DNA of 64,000 nucleotides from Lingula anatina (Eukaryota; Animalia; Brachiopoda). The stretch lies in assembly GCA_051362555.1 (NCBI GenBank), contig CM120640.1, forward strand, positions 62,226,788-62,290,787, in the 5' to 3' direction. A program made the position numbers and the translations under genes. This document shows, piece by piece, positions 61,922-64,000 of the stretch. Every line of letters starts with the position of its first letter. Positions within the stretch are counted from its first letter, which is position 1. The notes beneath the pieces are model-generated. The model made no database searches. It was not told the DNA's origin and saw nothing but the letters and a program-made list of their open reading frames with translations.

Positions 61922-61960
61922 TGACGTCATACGGGAAAATGGCGGAAGGTATTTGAGTCA
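61922..61960. promoter_or_regulatory. Promoter-like cluster: CRE TGACGTCA (61922-61929), YY1-like AAAATGGCGG (61936-61945), AP-1 TGAGTCA (61954-61960)
   Basis: Three consensus sites within 40 bp, about 270 bp upstream of a strong minus-strand donor CTG|GTAAGT (exon end 61657), the candidate non-coding exon 1 of the ATF3-like gene. Confidence 0.55.
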
Positions 61961-63046
61961 CCAGTAGACGTCTCCGAGATAATCGGCAAGATATACATTA
62001 ACCAGGTATGTATATTGCATAAAGAAGGACCCACAAACATAAAATACCTATAGTTTACCACTCAGGTCGCTACGTTTAACTGCTCGATATGTGAGGGGAT
62101 AAAAACGGTGTAAAAATGACCATGTGAGCGACACAACATTCCAGCAAGTAAGAATAGAATGGCGTTTTGGCCACTGTGTTTACAAAATCGACTACCCCGC
62201 ATTCCGGAGATATCCGAGCACTGTGCCTTATTTACTTACAGCGTAATGCGGAAATGCAGATATGTTTGCAATGACCTAGAATGCAGACAAATTAAAAATG
62301 ATAACTTTTTATAAATATCAGTACAAAGTTTTGAATTGTTGAGTTGAAGTTGACTTTTCCAACCCAGTTTAACCTGTTGCTTGTAGGTGTAACCGTTGCT
62401 TGCTTCCATGTGCTGAAACAGGTTCATAATCCAGGGTACGTTTTGGTTACTCCATTGTTTCCTACTTGTGCTTTCATGATTCCAGCAGTGATGTATGTAC
62501 ATTTATGTGCAGTCGGATTGGCATAACAGTAGCAGCCATTCAGTGTCATGCCAAAATATCATCACATTAATTTTTATTATGTTTATTATTCAGCAGTAGA
62601 AAGACCTGTGTTCTGCATAGGATACTAAACCATTCAGCAAGTGTTGCTGTTAGGATACCTTGTCAATTTTCAATTTACGACAGTTTTAAAGAAAACCAAA
62701 ACATTATATGACATTGTGGTTTTTCTCAGGATTTGGGGTACCAAAATGTGAATGTGTAATTTGATCATTGATTTACAGTCCAACTTAAGCAAGCCCAACC
62801 AACCAACCCCAAAATTTTATAAGCCGCCGTATCATCTTAGGAAATAAAGGCTGTCTTTTGAGGCTAATGGCGGACGAAATGATGACTGGACGGCTCTCTG
62901 GGAAAAACCTTGTATGACATTGACCAGAAGCATCTGTTCATAATTTTAGAAATTTATTCGGTCAGTATATACTGCTTCCAGTTGCTTTGGTTCTACTTAT
63001 TGTTGAGATACCTAGAGATACCTTGGTCTGCCTCCCCGCTGTGACT

Positions 63047-63363
63047 CAGGCCTACCCAACTACCAGACTCGGCACCGAATCATCCAGAATTCACCGGTAG
63101 ATCAGACCATACTACCCGTTTTCAAGGTGTGTGTCAGATCGCATTACACAGTATCAGACGCGACACCGCTCTTGCCTAGTATGCGATGTGATAGTGACGA
63201 TTCTCAGTGGGGTTGAAAAGCATTGCATCACCACTCAAAATTTGTTCAGGGTATGATACTGTGTAATGCGATCTGACACACACCTTGAAAACGGGTAGTG
63301 TGGTCTGATCTACCGGTGAATTCTGGATCATTCGGTGCCGAGTCTGGTAGTTGGGTAGGCCTG
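63047..63363. mobile_element. MITE with about 110-bp TIRs (CAGGCCTACCCAAC...) and a 5-bp TSD
   Basis: 63047-63156 is the near-perfect reverse complement of 63254-63363; TGACT is duplicated on both flanks. Confidence 0.9.
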
Positions 63364-64000
63364 TGACTGTTTTACTTGCTATTGTTGTGTGCAATTATTA
63401 AGTGACCACACGTTAAGTAACAGAAAACTTATTGACACTTGGTTTTGAAGTTGGTGTAACATGTTACATGTGCCCAAAGCATCTTATCAAGATGAGATAA
63501 CAATATAAATTTTTTATGAAAATACCTGTGTTACTGTATCACCAGTCAATCTGCCCTGGTCCTGATATAGCGCAGGTTCCCATCCATATGAAAATCACAT
63601 TTAACAGATAAGCTCTCACTTATCATTTTGATTGTTTTCCTTTTTAAACCAAAAACACTGGATAGCATTTAGCACTGTTATTGCCCTTTTTCTTGTCTTG
63701 TGCAAGCTACTAAACATCTAGGTCTACTGTTCAAAAGAATTGAAATTTATAATGTAATCTAACATCTTTTGATTTAGTTATCTATTAGTCTGAAACTACA
63801 AACAAGTGTTGGCTTAAAGGTTAAAAGACATTCCTTTGTTTTATTTCATGAAAAGTGAATTAGTGACTGGTTAACAGCAGTGTTCCGAGAATTAAAAATA
63901 AATTGAAAAAAAGTATATCATTCTTAGACTCCAGTTTATAAGCCAAGAGTCTAAAAATGTTCTTTGACAATTATATTTTAATTTGTTGATTTGCTCAGAA

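Overview
AT-rich animal genomic DNA with GT-AG introns, microsatellites and many MITEs. It looks like a marine invertebrate, most likely a mollusc or other lophotrochozoan (inference). I reconstructed five protein-coding genes by hand. (1) A small TIR-only protein (minus, 2315-2791), followed by a frameshifted partial copy. (2) Head-to-head with it, a three-coding-exon gene of about 1351 aa (plus, 8686-15766). It encodes a TICAM (TRIF/TRAM)-type TIR domain, a coiled coil, a Q/P/G/Y-rich segment, a canonical RHIM (IQIG) and a C-terminal KKK-CIIQ CaaX box. (3) An intronless type II PKA regulatory subunit (minus, 32950-34053). (4) A 13-exon, about 870-aa receptor with SRCR domains, a mucin stalk, a TM helix, an intracellular SAM domain and a tyrosine-motif tail (minus, 48579-55174). 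(5) An ATF3/JDP2-like bZIP gene (minus, 58813-59931). The most interesting candidate system is the divergent TIR pair sharing a putative NF-kB-site promoter, a possible invertebrate TRAM/TRIF-like module whose RHIM adaptor may be prenylated. The same 11-bp kB site recurs in the ATF3-like gene. All gene models and family assignments are by eye; no database search was run.
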